Below, piece after piece: positions 21,577 through 30,637 of a stretch of DNA of 64,000 nucleotides. The notes under the pieces were generated by a model. It searched no databases. It saw only the letters and a list, made by a program, of their open reading frames with translations, and was not told where the DNA came from. Source of the stretch: Cyanobacteria bacterium P01_F01_bin.150. GTDB taxonomy: Bacteria > Cyanobacteriota > Cyanobacteriia > CAKZMO01. Made by a program: the position numbers and the translations under genes. Numbering within the stretch: position 1 is the first letter of the stretch; the number at the start of each line of letters is the position of its first letter. The stretch covers positions 1 through 64,000 of the forward strand of contig JBCCYL010000003.1 of the NCBI GenBank assembly GCA_039189765.1, written 5' to 3'.

Positions 21577-21835
21577 AACACATACTAGATGACGCTACAA
21601 AAGCCCAATGCAAGCCATAATGAACTATCTGAAAAAGCGATCCACAGCTAGAAACTGGAGCCTGTCTATCCATGTTTTACAGTACCGATAGATCCCAAAA
21701 CTGTGTGATAAAAGACAGAAAACTTAAGAGAAAATTAAATTTGGTATATTTATCTGAGGAATATGCACTTAATAACCTGAATTTGCGTTACGACTCTTCA
21801 TTTATTGAACGTTCGGAGATTTTGCGCTGAAGATT

Positions 21836-22633
21836 ATGAGCCAAATTGTTCTAGGCGGAGGGTTAGGAAAATGGTTTCAGCGACTAATTGCGGCTATTTT
21901 TCTGGGGGGACAGGTGATGATGCATCTGGTTCAAGGTAAGATTCATCGACGCAACACCATAGAGCAGATGATTGCCGTGGGGCCAGGATCTTTGCTGATT
22001 GCATTGCTGACAGCTGCCACCGTGGGCATGGTATTTACGATTCAAGTGGCCCGAGAATTTATCAACTTTGGGGCCAGTACTGCCGTTGGTGGTGTGCTGG
22101 CAGTGGCTCTATTGAGGGAGTTAATTCCGGTGCTGACGGCCATTGTGGTAGCGGGTCGGGTCGGGTCTGCCTTTGCTGCTGAAATTGGTACGATGGCAGT
22201 GACCGAGCAGATTGATGCGCTTCAGATGCTAAAAACAGATCCCATTGATTATTTGGTGATCCCTCGGGTCATTGCCTGCTGTATCATGGTGCCAATTTTG
22301 AGCATTTTTGCTTTTCTCACAGGGATGTTGGGTGGATTGCTGATTGCAGACAGCATTTATAGCATTTCCTCCGCCGTCTTCCTGGATTCTGCCCGAAATT
22401 TTCTCGGGGTCTGGGATTTGGTTAGCGCCATGATTAAATCGGCGATTTTCGGTAGCTTAGTGGCGGTGATTGGTTCTAGCTGGGGGTTGACAACGACAGG
22501 CGGTGCCAAGGGCGTCGGCCAATCAACCACTACAGCTGTAGTAACAGCGCTACTGATGATTTTTATTAGTAACTTTTTTCTATCCTGGATAATGTTCCAA
22601 GGGGTTGGGAATGCCGCATCTGGGGGATTTTAG
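21836..22633 (+). CDS. mlaE: MlaE family lipid ABC transporter permease
   Basis: RELIPVLTA, GSAFAAEIGTMAVTEQIDAL, GGAKGVG. Confidence 0.93.
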   Translation: MSQIVLGGGLGKWFQRLIAAIFLGGQVMMHLVQGKIHRRNTIEQMIAVGPGSLLIALLTAATVGMVFTIQVAREFINFGASTAVGGVLAVALLRELIPVLTAIVVAGRVGSAFAAEIGTMAVTEQIDALQMLKTDPIDYLVIPRVIACCIMVPILSIFAFLTGMLGGLLIADSIYSISSAVFLDSARNFLGVWDLVSAMIKSAIFGSLVAVIGSSWGLTTTGGAKGVGQSTTTAVVTALLMIFISNFFLSWIMFQGVGNAASGGF

Positions 22634-22683
22634 AGGTAAAAAGTAGCAAGTAACAAGTAACAAGTAAAAAATAGCGAAGGATT

Positions 22684-24105
22684 TTAGCGATTGAGGGTCA
22701 GTTCATCGCTTTTTCCAAGTAGTCCTTGGGGGCGTACCATCATCAGGACCATCAGCAATAGGCCAATCAGCATAACTCGCAGTGCTCCAAGCTGGGCATC
22801 AGTAAAAGGGAATAGATCATCCAGGAAAAAACGGCTTGCCGTTTGGTAGGTCCAGAAAATGGTGGCTCCCAGCAGGGTCCCGATGTTATTGCCTGCACCT
22901 CCTAGGACAACAATGGTCCAACCGTTGAAGGTGGCGATGGGTTTAAATTGGTCCGGATATACTGCGGTAAGTTGCCACACGTACAGCGCTCCAGATAAGC
23001 CAGTGATGGCTCCTCCTAGCATCAGAGCCTGGAGTTTGTACCAAAATACGTTTTTGCCGAGGGTCAGCGCCACATCTTCATCTTCGCGAATTGATTTAAG
23101 GACCCTGCCCCACGGCGATTGCACCAAGCGTTCTAGTCCCCACACCATAGCCGCAATCGTCAGCACACAGATCCACATTAACCCTGTTTTGGTAGGATTG
23201 CGGTCGTAATGATAAAGGGCAGACACTGCAAAGCCATAGACCCATAGACCTAGCCCAGTGATCACCAAGGTGGAAACGACGGCCATGCTGGCAGATAGAT
23301 TTGATAATTGTCCTAAATATTTTTTACCGATGGTGATACTAGCCCAAGTTATGCCAGAGAGTCCCAATACTGAGACAAATCCAGCAACCCATTGAGGTAA
23401 GGCAGATAAATTATTGATGGCATGGGCGATCGCCCCCGTTCCCCACACACATAGCCCAATTGCCGCACCATAGCCTAGCAAAAGCCCTCCATTTCTAATT
23501 AGCAGGCTTTTGGGCACTGATTTAGTTGTTTTGTGGATCCATTGCCAAAGTAGCCAGGTCCCCCAGCCAACAACGGCGGTAAAGCTAACAATCATGCCCA
23601 GCCGCATACCATAATTGGGATTTAGATCCGCCAACGGCAGAGGAAATCTCTGAATGCCAAAGCTTCCTCTGGTCAGCCACTGCTCATTAAGGGCCACCGA
23701 TCGCAGAATTTCTGAGATGCCGATGGTGACGATGGCCAGGTAATCGGTGCGTAGTTTGAGGGTGGCGAACCCCATTAGAATACCGACTAGGGCGGAGGCG
23801 ATCGCCCCAATAATCACTGCAACCATAATTGGCACCTGAGAAGGCAGATGGCTGGAAAGAAACTGTAGGGTATGGGCAATGGGGGGAGTGTTAGCCATCC
23901 ATTCAAACTCTTCTAGGAGTTGAGTTGGAATCGATTGAAGATATCCATCGGAGGTGAGCATCACCACAAGGTAGGCACTGACTAACATAAATGCCACCTG
24001 ACCAAAGTTCAGTAGTCCCGTAAAGCCCCACTGTAGGTTTAGCCCCAGGCTGAACATCGCAAATACAGCGGTAAAAATAATCAGGGAAACAATATAGCCT
24101 TCCAT
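22684..24105 (-). CDS. Branched-chain/neutral amino acid ABC transporter permease (LivM/NatC type)
   Basis: GLNLQWGFTGLLNFG, LRTDYLAIVT, SPWGRVLKSIREDE, RPQGLLG. Confidence 0.9.
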   Translation of the reverse strand: MEGYIVSLIIFTAVFAMFSLGLNLQWGFTGLLNFGQVAFMLVSAYLVVMLTSDGYLQSIPTQLLEEFEWMANTPPIAHTLQFLSSHLPSQVPIMVAVIIGAIASALVGILMGFATLKLRTDYLAIVTIGISEILRSVALNEQWLTRGSFGIQRFPLPLADLNPNYGMRLGMIVSFTAVVGWGTWLLWQWIHKTTKSVPKSLLIRNGGLLLGYGAAIGLCVWGTGAIAHAINNLSALPQWVAGFVSVLGLSGITWASITIGKKYLGQLSNLSASMAVVSTLVITGLGLWVYGFAVSALYHYDRNPTKTGLMWICVLTIAAMVWGLERLVQSPWGRVLKSIREDEDVALTLGKNVFWYKLQALMLGGAITGLSGALYVWQLTAVYPDQFKPIATFNGWTIVVLGGAGNNIGTLLGATIFWTYQTASRFFLDDLFPFTDAQLGALRVMLIGLLLMVLMMVRPQGLLGKSDELTLNR

Positions 24106-24343
24106 TCAACCCCCTTGAAGTATCCCCCAACAAATTAGACTATGCCGCCACTTAAAATTTGATTGGCGGTTAGTGTTCTCTGGTTTCCACTCAATGAACT
24201 CATCAAACGTCATGAGTTGAGCATTGGGTAAGGGAATAGCAAGCATAGAGCCTCTATAACGATGAATGTGTCAATGCCCCGACGTTTCCATTATTTCCAC
24301 TATAAGGTTTTTAAGGTTGCGCCAATGAATATCATTTCAAACC

Positions 24344-24392
24344 GGCTTGTATTGTAAGACAGTGTTGTGGGGCAACACCCCACAACACTGTT
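24344..24392 (+). repeat. Hairpin element sharing the family A 5' end
   Basis: ggcttgtattgtaag followed by 13-bp stem cagtgttgtgggg/ccccacaacactg. Confidence 0.55.
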
Positions 24393-24530
24393 GAATCCTC
24401 CATACTTGCCAAAAATGATTATCCTGGGATAAAAAGGACTCCAGTCAAAATCAATCTAAATTTTGGTTGAATCAGCAATTGATTTAATACTTTTGCCTTT
24501 AGTTGGCTGGTATTTTTATTGGGATGCTGA

Positions 24531-24544
24531 AGAACATATGTACT
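24531..24544. promoter_or_regulatory. Putative cyanobacterial LexA box upstream of NUDIX gene
   Basis: Minus strand AGTAC-ATA-TGTTCT matches RGTACNNNDGTWCB, 70 bp before the ATG. Confidence 0.5.
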
Positions 24545-24613
24545 AGTATCCTGTTGACTTCTGGTCGGTTTGAATTAATTCTTTAGTTATTTATCGTTTT
24601 ATAAAGAGGCAAT

Positions 24614-25084
24614 ATGGCATTTAGCGTTCTCCGACAAGTTTGGCATTTGATGTACTCCGCTGTAGGAACGATTTTACGGCATCCTATTGCGGGGACCAGT
24701 ATTGTGCCAGTGATGCCGGATGGTCGTATTGTGCTGATTCGTCGTCGTGATACGGATAAATGGGCATTGCCTGGGGGCGTGATTGACTGGGGTGAAGAAA
24801 TTCGTACCACTGTCCAACGGGAGCTGTTAGAAGAAACTGGCTTAGAACTCGTCAACATTCGCCGTTTGGTGGGCGTTTATTCCAAGCCATTGCGAGATCC
24901 GCGATTTCACTCTGTCTGTGTGATGGTGGAAGCAGATGTAGATGGGACGTTTAACGTTCAAGACACGATAGAAATTACCGATATTAAAGCGTTTCAGCAA
25001 GAAGACATTCCGGTGGAGGAACTCTCCCACGACCATAGTAAACAAATAAAGGATTATTTTTCAGGGGAAACGGTTCTAGCGTAG
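24614..25084 (+). CDS. NUDIX hydrolase
   Basis: Nudix box GG..DWGE......RELLEETG. Confidence 0.92.
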   Translation: MAFSVLRQVWHLMYSAVGTILRHPIAGTSIVPVMPDGRIVLIRRRDTDKWALPGGVIDWGEEIRTTVQRELLEETGLELVNIRRLVGVYSKPLRDPRFHSVCVMVEADVDGTFNVQDTIEITDIKAFQQEDIPVEELSHDHSKQIKDYFSGETVLA

Positions 25085-25097
25085 AGGACTTATTGCA

Positions 25098-25709
25098 ATG
25101 AAAATGCGCTATCAAAAATGGAGTCGCTGGCTGGCATTAGTCGCCGTTCCCCTGGTTCTTTGTGCTGCCTTCCATCCGGTCAATAGTGGTGTGCTAAGGC
25201 TCATCACTATCGGGGCCATTATCACAACAGGGTTGGCGTTATTGCTGTGGAACTGGCGCGATCGCATCCGTCGCATATTGCTAATCGGCTGTATTGGCGT
25301 CGGTCTACTACCGCTTATCTTGCCAAGTCGGCCTGTGGATGCGATCGCTCTGCACAAGGACTATATTCAAGCCCTGATTCGTTTTGAAAACACCCGCTAT
25401 CACTGGGGCGGTGAAACCCACACGGGCATTGACTGTTCCGGCTTGCCCCGTCGAGCATTGCAGCAAGCGATGCTGCGTCAAGGACTAAAGCGCTTGAACG
25501 GTGGTCTAGTTCGAAAGGCACTGTTTCATTGGTGGTTTGACGCATCAGCAGAAGCGTTAGCCGTAGGATATCGAAATTATACTATTCCTCTTGAACTGCC
25601 AGATAAACGTGACGAAACCATTCGTACAATGAGATATGACGGCCTTAATCCAGGGGATTTTGCGGTTACGGGCGATCGCCAACACGGCGTATCGCTTAAA
25701 GCGGGGTGA
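25098..25709 (+). pseudogene. Membrane-anchored NlpC/P60 family protein, apparently 3'-truncated
   Basis: TM helices, YHWGG, GIDCSGL, PGD; reading frame ends ~10 codons after a HIP1 site at 25672. Confidence 0.6.
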
Positions 25710-25769
25710 ATTTAACGGCGTTGTGATCAGACCGAGCAGCAATACTTCTGATAGGGTTTTTGAAAGCGA

Positions 25770-26939
25770 TTAGCCATTCCCAGTACCCATCAGATACAAC
25801 AGCGCCATCCGCACGGCAACACCGCTTGTAACTTGTTTGGGCACTAGACTAATCGATGAGTCATCCATAATATCGGAGCTTAACTCAACGCCTCGATTAG
25901 TGGGACCAGGGTGGAGAACTTTGACGTCAGGATGGCAGAGCTGGAGGCGATCGCGCGTAATTCCAAACTGCCGATGATACTCCCGTAGGCTGGGCAGCAA
26001 ATGCTGGGTCATTCGTTCCTTTTGCAAGCGTAGGGTCATTACAAAGTCAGCATTTTTTAGGGCAGGTTCGAGGTGCCAGTGAATATGGAGATTTTGGGTT
26101 TTAGATTTTGGATTTTGGATTTTGGAGGGTGAGGGAGTTGGAGCGTTGAGGCGTTGGGGCGTTGGGGCGTTGGCGTAGGATGGGTTAGCGATAGCGTAAC
26201 CCATCGTTGTGAGAGTTTGAGGCACAATGGGGGTGCAAAAATCGGCAAAGGTTTTGGGCAGTAAGGTAGGTGGGGCAGCGAGGTGAACGTTTGCTCCGCT
26301 GGCGGTGAGGCTCCAGATATTTGAGCGGGCAACGCGGGAGTGGAGAATATCGCCAACGATCGCGATCTTTTTATCGGAGAGATCTTCGATCTTGGGGTGT
26401 TCGGCATTAAGTTCGGTGCAGAGGGTAAATAAGTCCAGGAGGGCCTGGGAAGGGTGGGCGTGTTGACCATCTCCTGCGTTAAGGACAGCGACTCCGGTAT
26501 TGAGACGATCCATTTCCTGGGCGATCGCCATTGGTACCCCTGCCTGCTTATGGCGGATAACCATTAAGTTGGTGCCCATTGCCAAATAGGTTTTGGCGGT
26601 ATCGAGGATAGTCTCTCCTTTAGAGAGAGAGGAGTTGCCTGGGGAGAAGTTGAGGACATCGGCGGAAAGCCGTTTAGCAGCAAGTTCAAAACTGCTGCGG
26701 GTGCGGGTAGAGGGTTCAAAAAACATATTAGTAACCACAACTCCCTGAAGGGCGGGCACTTTCTTCATCCGACGGGACAACACTTCCCGAAAGCTCGACG
26801 CTGTTTGTAACACTGTGTTGTATTCAGCGGGAGTGAATGTGTTTAAGGACAGAATATGGCGGCGAGTCCAATCGGTGGGAGTGGCCCAGTCTTTTGACTT
26901 AGCATCTTTTGGCGTAATATTTTTTGGCGTAATATTCAT
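25770..26939 (-). CDS. pyrB: Aspartate carbamoyltransferase catalytic subunit with a repeat-derived insertion
   Basis: [40 protein letters not shown]. Confidence 0.95.
   Translation of the reverse strand: MNITPKNITPKDAKSKDWATPTDWTRRHILSLNTFTPAEYNTVLQTASSFREVLSRRMKKVPALQGVVVTNMFFEPSTRTRSSFELAAKRLSADVLNFSPGNSSLSKGETILDTAKTYLAMGTNLMVIRHKQAGVPMAIAQEMDRLNTGVAVLNAGDGQHAHPSQALLDLFTLCTELNAEHPKIEDLSDKKIAIVGDILHSRVARSNIWSLTASGANVHLAAPPTLLPKTFADFCTPIVPQTLTTMGYAIANPSYANAPTPQRLNAPTPSPSKIQNPKSKTQNLHIHWHLEPALKNADFVMTLRLQKERMTQHLLPSLREYHRQFGITRDRLQLCHPDVKVLHPGPTNRGVELSSDIMDDSSISLVPKQVTSGVAVRMALLYLMGTGNG
26090..26205. repeat. In-frame composite repeat inside pyrB (7-mer and 8-mer tandems + GTAG-type REP)
   Basis: (gattttg)n 26090-26126; (gcgttggg)n 26135-26174; cgtaggatgggttagcgatagcgtaacccatc 26174-26205. 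Confidence 0.85.
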
Positions 26940-27010
26940 TACGACATCATAGGTGACGACAACATGAGACGATCTTCACTGAGGGTATCAGACGATTGCC
27001 GACTCTATCT

Positions 27011-27643
27011 ATGAACACCAGAAAATCTCCTGAAAGTCCGCAAGAATCAAATAATCCGCAACGTTTGCAGCCATGGCTTCAACCCCAGTCGGTTGTTCTA
27101 GTGACTGGCCCAGCTCGTTCAGGCAAAAGCGAATGGGCAGAATCCCTGGCATTAGCGGCAGAACATCAAGGCAAGTCTATTGTCTATGTGGCAACGTCCG
27201 TATTGAATAACGATGACCAGGAATGGCTGACTCGCATTGATCTCCACCGCCAGCGTCGCCCAGCGTCTTGGTCGTGCATTGAGGGGCCAGTGGATTTGGT
27301 CGAGGTTATCGAGACCGCTGACGGCAGTTCTTGCTTATTAATTGACTCCCTTGGCACGTGGATAGCAAATGAGCTGGAGTCAGATGCCAAGGCATGGGAT
27401 TCCCTAATAACAAATTTGCTGGGGGCGATCGCCTCTACCCCAGCAACGCTAATTTTCGTTTCCGAGGAGGTGGGCTGGGGAGTGGTTCCAGCCTATCCTA
27501 TTGGGCGGAAATTTCGCGATCGCCTCGGTCAAGTGACTCGAAGGATTGGGGCGATTGCGAATCCCGTTTATTTGGTTACAGGCGGCCATGTCCTTAACCT
27601 ATCTATACTGGGGACGCCACTGGGAACACCTCTACTTTATTAA
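27011..27643 (+). CDS. cobU: Adenosylcobinamide kinase/phosphate guanylyltransferase
   Basis: GPARSGKSEWAE, RIDLHRQRRP, LLIDSLGTW, EEVGWGVVP. Confidence 0.93.
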   Translation: MNTRKSPESPQESNNPQRLQPWLQPQSVVLVTGPARSGKSEWAESLALAAEHQGKSIVYVATSVLNNDDQEWLTRIDLHRQRRPASWSCIEGPVDLVEVIETADGSSCLLIDSLGTWIANELESDAKAWDSLITNLLGAIASTPATLIFVSEEVGWGVVPAYPIGRKFRDRLGQVTRRIGAIANPVYLVTGGHVLNLSILGTPLGTPLLY

Positions 27644-27792
27644 TGTCTAGCGCCTCCTCGCTAACTCCTCCAGCCCTCTCGCAAGCTAATCTTGTAGGGG
27701 GTATGACCTCATTCCTAGTGTCCCGCTGGGAATGCCTGCCTGAGACTCTGGCTCAGGCAAGGGGAGAGGAAGCCTGCATGAACAAATAATTG

Positions 27793-27870
27793 CGTAGGAT
27801 GGGTAAAACGAAGTGTGCCCATCACAAGGGTATCGATGGGCACGTCCTTTCGTCCTTTGCCCATCTTACG
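27793..27870. repeat. REPIN-like GTAG REP doublet (imperfect)
   Basis: cgtaggatgggtaaaacg...gtgcccatc / gatgggcac...cccatcttacg; same family as 59238-59314. Confidence 0.8.
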
Positions 27871-27886
27871 TCTCGACTATTCACGC

Positions 27887-29641
27887 CTATTCAAGTAACT
27901 TGCCTTCAAAGTTACTAATTTCAGTTGTTTTATCAACAATAGCCTGTAGCTCCGGATTTAGCGGTTCGATAATATGTCTGGCAACCTCTAGCTGATGGCC
28001 ATCCTTTAGGGCAATACGATAGTTGACGTTTTCAGAGTCGCTAGTATCAGGAAAATCACTTCTTTGATGGGCACCTCGACTTTCCTTACGCTCCAGCGCC
28101 GATAGAATCGTCGCTTCGGCAGACATAATAGAGGCCTCTAGATCAAAGGCCATCATCAGGTCTGCACAACCTTCCGCATCAATCCGCACGTCGATGTCTT
28201 TGGCCGTCTGCTTTAAATCTGCAATCTTTTCTAAGCCCGTTTTTAGCTGCTCTTGGTCCCGCACAACGCCGCAGTACTCCCACATAATATTTCTAAGGGC
28301 ATGCTGTAGCGGTCGGACAATCTCATTGCCGTTTTTAATAAAGCTGTCGATTTTCTCATGGGCCGCTTGAATTGCGGCGTTGGAGCGAACGTGGACCTCC
28401 ATTTTTATCGAGCGAGTGGCCGCAGCGCGACCGGCACGCTTACCAAAAATTAGAATCTCCGCCAGGGAATTGCCGCCCAATCGATTGGCACCGTGGAGTC
28501 CCCCGGTCACCTCACCTGCGGCATATAGGCCCTCCACTCCCGTCCAGTGCTCCTCGGGGCTAACTACCAGTCCGCCCATAGAATAGTGGGCGGTGGGTGC
28601 CACTTCCATAGGCTCTTTTGAAATATCGATCATTTGGGCATCTAAAAATTGGCGATAGATTCGCGGTAGCTTTTCAAGAATAAAGTCCTTGTCTCGGTGG
28701 CTAATATCGAGGTAAACCCCACCGTTGGCTGTAGCGCGGCCTTCGGTTATTTCGGTGTAGTTGGCGATCGCCACCCTATCCCTTGTGGACAGCTCCAGCC
28801 GTTCACTGTCATAGTTGGCCATAAACCGCTCCCCCTTGCCGTTAATCAGCCGTCCGCCTTCTCCCCGGACCGCTTCGGTTACCAAGGTGCCAGCAATTTC
28901 CTCCGGCAGCACCATACCCGTGGGGTGGAACTGCACCATTTCCATATCGGTGAGCTGACACCCTGCCCTCAGGCCCAGGTAAAAGCCATCCCCCGTATTT
29001 TCATGCCGTCTAGAGGAGCTTTTACGCCATATCCGCGTATGGCCCCCAGCGGCTAGCACTACCGCATCGGCGAGATGAACCGTTCGCTCTCCAGTGTGAA
29101 CATTAAAGGACATGGCCCCAAAGCAGGTGCGATCGCTCATTAGTAATTCCGTCACATACTGCGAGTCATGGATCGGAATATTTAACTCGCTGGCTTTACT
29201 CAGCAGCGCCAGCAGGATCGATCGCCCTGTATAATCGCCAGAGTAACAGGTGCGCCGATAGGTATGGGCACCAAAAAAGCGCTGGTCAATTTTGCCGTTT
29301 TCCAATTTGGCAAAGTTAGCGCCCCAGCCATCTATTTCTGTAACCAAGTCTGGCGATTCCTTTGCCATTAGCTCAACCACCCGTGGTTCTGCAATGCCGT
29401 AGCCCTCCAAATAGGTATCAGCAAAATGCTGCTGCCAGGAGTCTTCTGGATCAACATTGGCCAACGCCGCATTAATTCCCCCCGCCGCCAGCACAGTATG
29501 AACATCACCCTTACTGCGTTTACCCAGGATCGTTACCGCTAGACCGGCTAGTTTGGCTTCAATGGCGGCTCTTAACCCCGATCCTCCGCTACCAATAACC
29601 AAAACGTTTGAGATCTGAGTCGTATGTTCCTTGAGTTGCAT
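27887..29641 (-). CDS. SdhA/FrdA/NadB-family flavoprotein
   Basis: IGSGGSG, HTVLAAGGINA, QFHPTG, TEAVRGEGG, HYSMGG, HGANRLGGNSL, ESRGAH. Confidence 0.9.
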   Translation of the reverse strand: MQLKEHTTQISNVLVIGSGGSGLRAAIEAKLAGLAVTILGKRSKGDVHTVLAAGGINAALANVDPEDSWQQHFADTYLEGYGIAEPRVVELMAKESPDLVTEIDGWGANFAKLENGKIDQRFFGAHTYRRTCYSGDYTGRSILLALLSKASELNIPIHDSQYVTELLMSDRTCFGAMSFNVHTGERTVHLADAVVLAAGGHTRIWRKSSSRRHENTGDGFYLGLRAGCQLTDMEMVQFHPTGMVLPEEIAGTLVTEAVRGEGGRLINGKGERFMANYDSERLELSTRDRVAIANYTEITEGRATANGGVYLDISHRDKDFILEKLPRIYRQFLDAQMIDISKEPMEVAPTAHYSMGGLVVSPEEHWTGVEGLYAAGEVTGGLHGANRLGGNSLAEILIFGKRAGRAAATRSIKMEVHVRSNAAIQAAHEKIDSFIKNGNEIVRPLQHALRNIMWEYCGVVRDQEQLKTGLEKIADLKQTAKDIDVRIDAEGCADLMMAFDLEASIMSAEATILSALERKESRGAHQRSDFPDTSDSENVNYRIALKDGHQLEVARHIIEPLNPELQAIVDKTTEISNFEGKLLE

Positions 29642-29824
29642 AAGGCGATAATCCCTAAACCGATGACTTAGCTATGCTATGCCTATTCACCCCAGCTTCC
29701 ATAGGACTAAAGGATGTTTAAATCAATGTCCATAGACCGTCGTGTTAAAACTGTTAGAAATACTGACCCATGTGAGGACCCATGCTAAGCTTCTGAGGAT
29801 TTATACGTTTAAGAAGGACCCTTA

Positions 29825-30637
29825 GTGACTTATATAGCTGTTAGTACTCCTCGGCCCCGGTGGACGGTGATTACTGTGACTGTTACCCTCCATGTTCTGA
29901 CTCTATTGGTTTTTGTGCCTGGCACGTTTAGTTGGACTGCGGTGGGTGTCGCCATATTTTTACATTGGTTAACAATGGGAATGGGGATTGGCCTGGGCTT
30001 TCATCGTCTAATCTCCCATCGAAGCTTTAGAACCCCCAAATGGTTTGAGTATTTCTTGGTATTGTGTGGAACCCTTGCTGGCCAGGGAGGAGTTTTAGGA
30101 TGGGTCGGATATCATCGCCTCCATCACTTGCATACTGACAAAGATTTAGACCCTCATGATTCCACCAAAGGGCTGTGGTGGAGTCATATTAGCTGGTTAA
30201 TGCATGAGATTCCCGTCCAGCCTCAGCTTCCTAGATTTACCCGAGATATTTCCAAAGATCCTTTCTATTGCTTCTGCCATAAGCATTACATTCCGCTTCA
30301 AGTCGTGCTGGCAATTTTGCTCTATACAATTGGTGGTTTGCCCTTTTTGGTCTGGGGAGTATTTGTCCGCCTATTTGCAGGATTCCACACGACCTGTTTA
30401 GTCAACAGTGCCTGCCATCGGTTTGGCTATCAAACCCATGACACGGGGGACCAATCCACCAACTGCTGGTGGGTGGCGCTGCTAACCTATGGGGAAGGCT
30501 GGCATAATAATCACCATGCTCGTCAAGCCTCTGCCTGCAATACCGAACGCTGGTGGGAGATTGACATTATCTGGTTAACTATTCTTTTCTTAGAACGGGT
30601 GGGCTTAGCCACCAAAGTTCGCAAACCCAAAGCATGA
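29825..30637 (+). CDS. desC: Delta-9 acyl-lipid desaturase (DesC-like)
   Basis: Three His boxes HRLISH, HRLHH, HNNHH; GEGW; paralog identity tentative. Confidence 0.85.
   Translation: MTYIAVSTPRPRWTVITVTVTLHVLTLLVFVPGTFSWTAVGVAIFLHWLTMGMGIGLGFHRLISHRSFRTPKWFEYFLVLCGTLAGQGGVLGWVGYHRLHHLHTDKDLDPHDSTKGLWWSHISWLMHEIPVQPQLPRFTRDISKDPFYCFCHKHYIPLQVVLAILLYTIGGLPFLVWGVFVRLFAGFHTTCLVNSACHRFGYQTHDTGDQSTNCWWVALLTYGEGWHNNHHARQASACNTERWWEIDIIWLTILFLERVGLATKVRKPKA

Noticed and set aside
22641..22668. aagta(g/a)c heptamer tandem
   Set aside because: Ordinary short cyanobacterial tandem repeat between convergent genes
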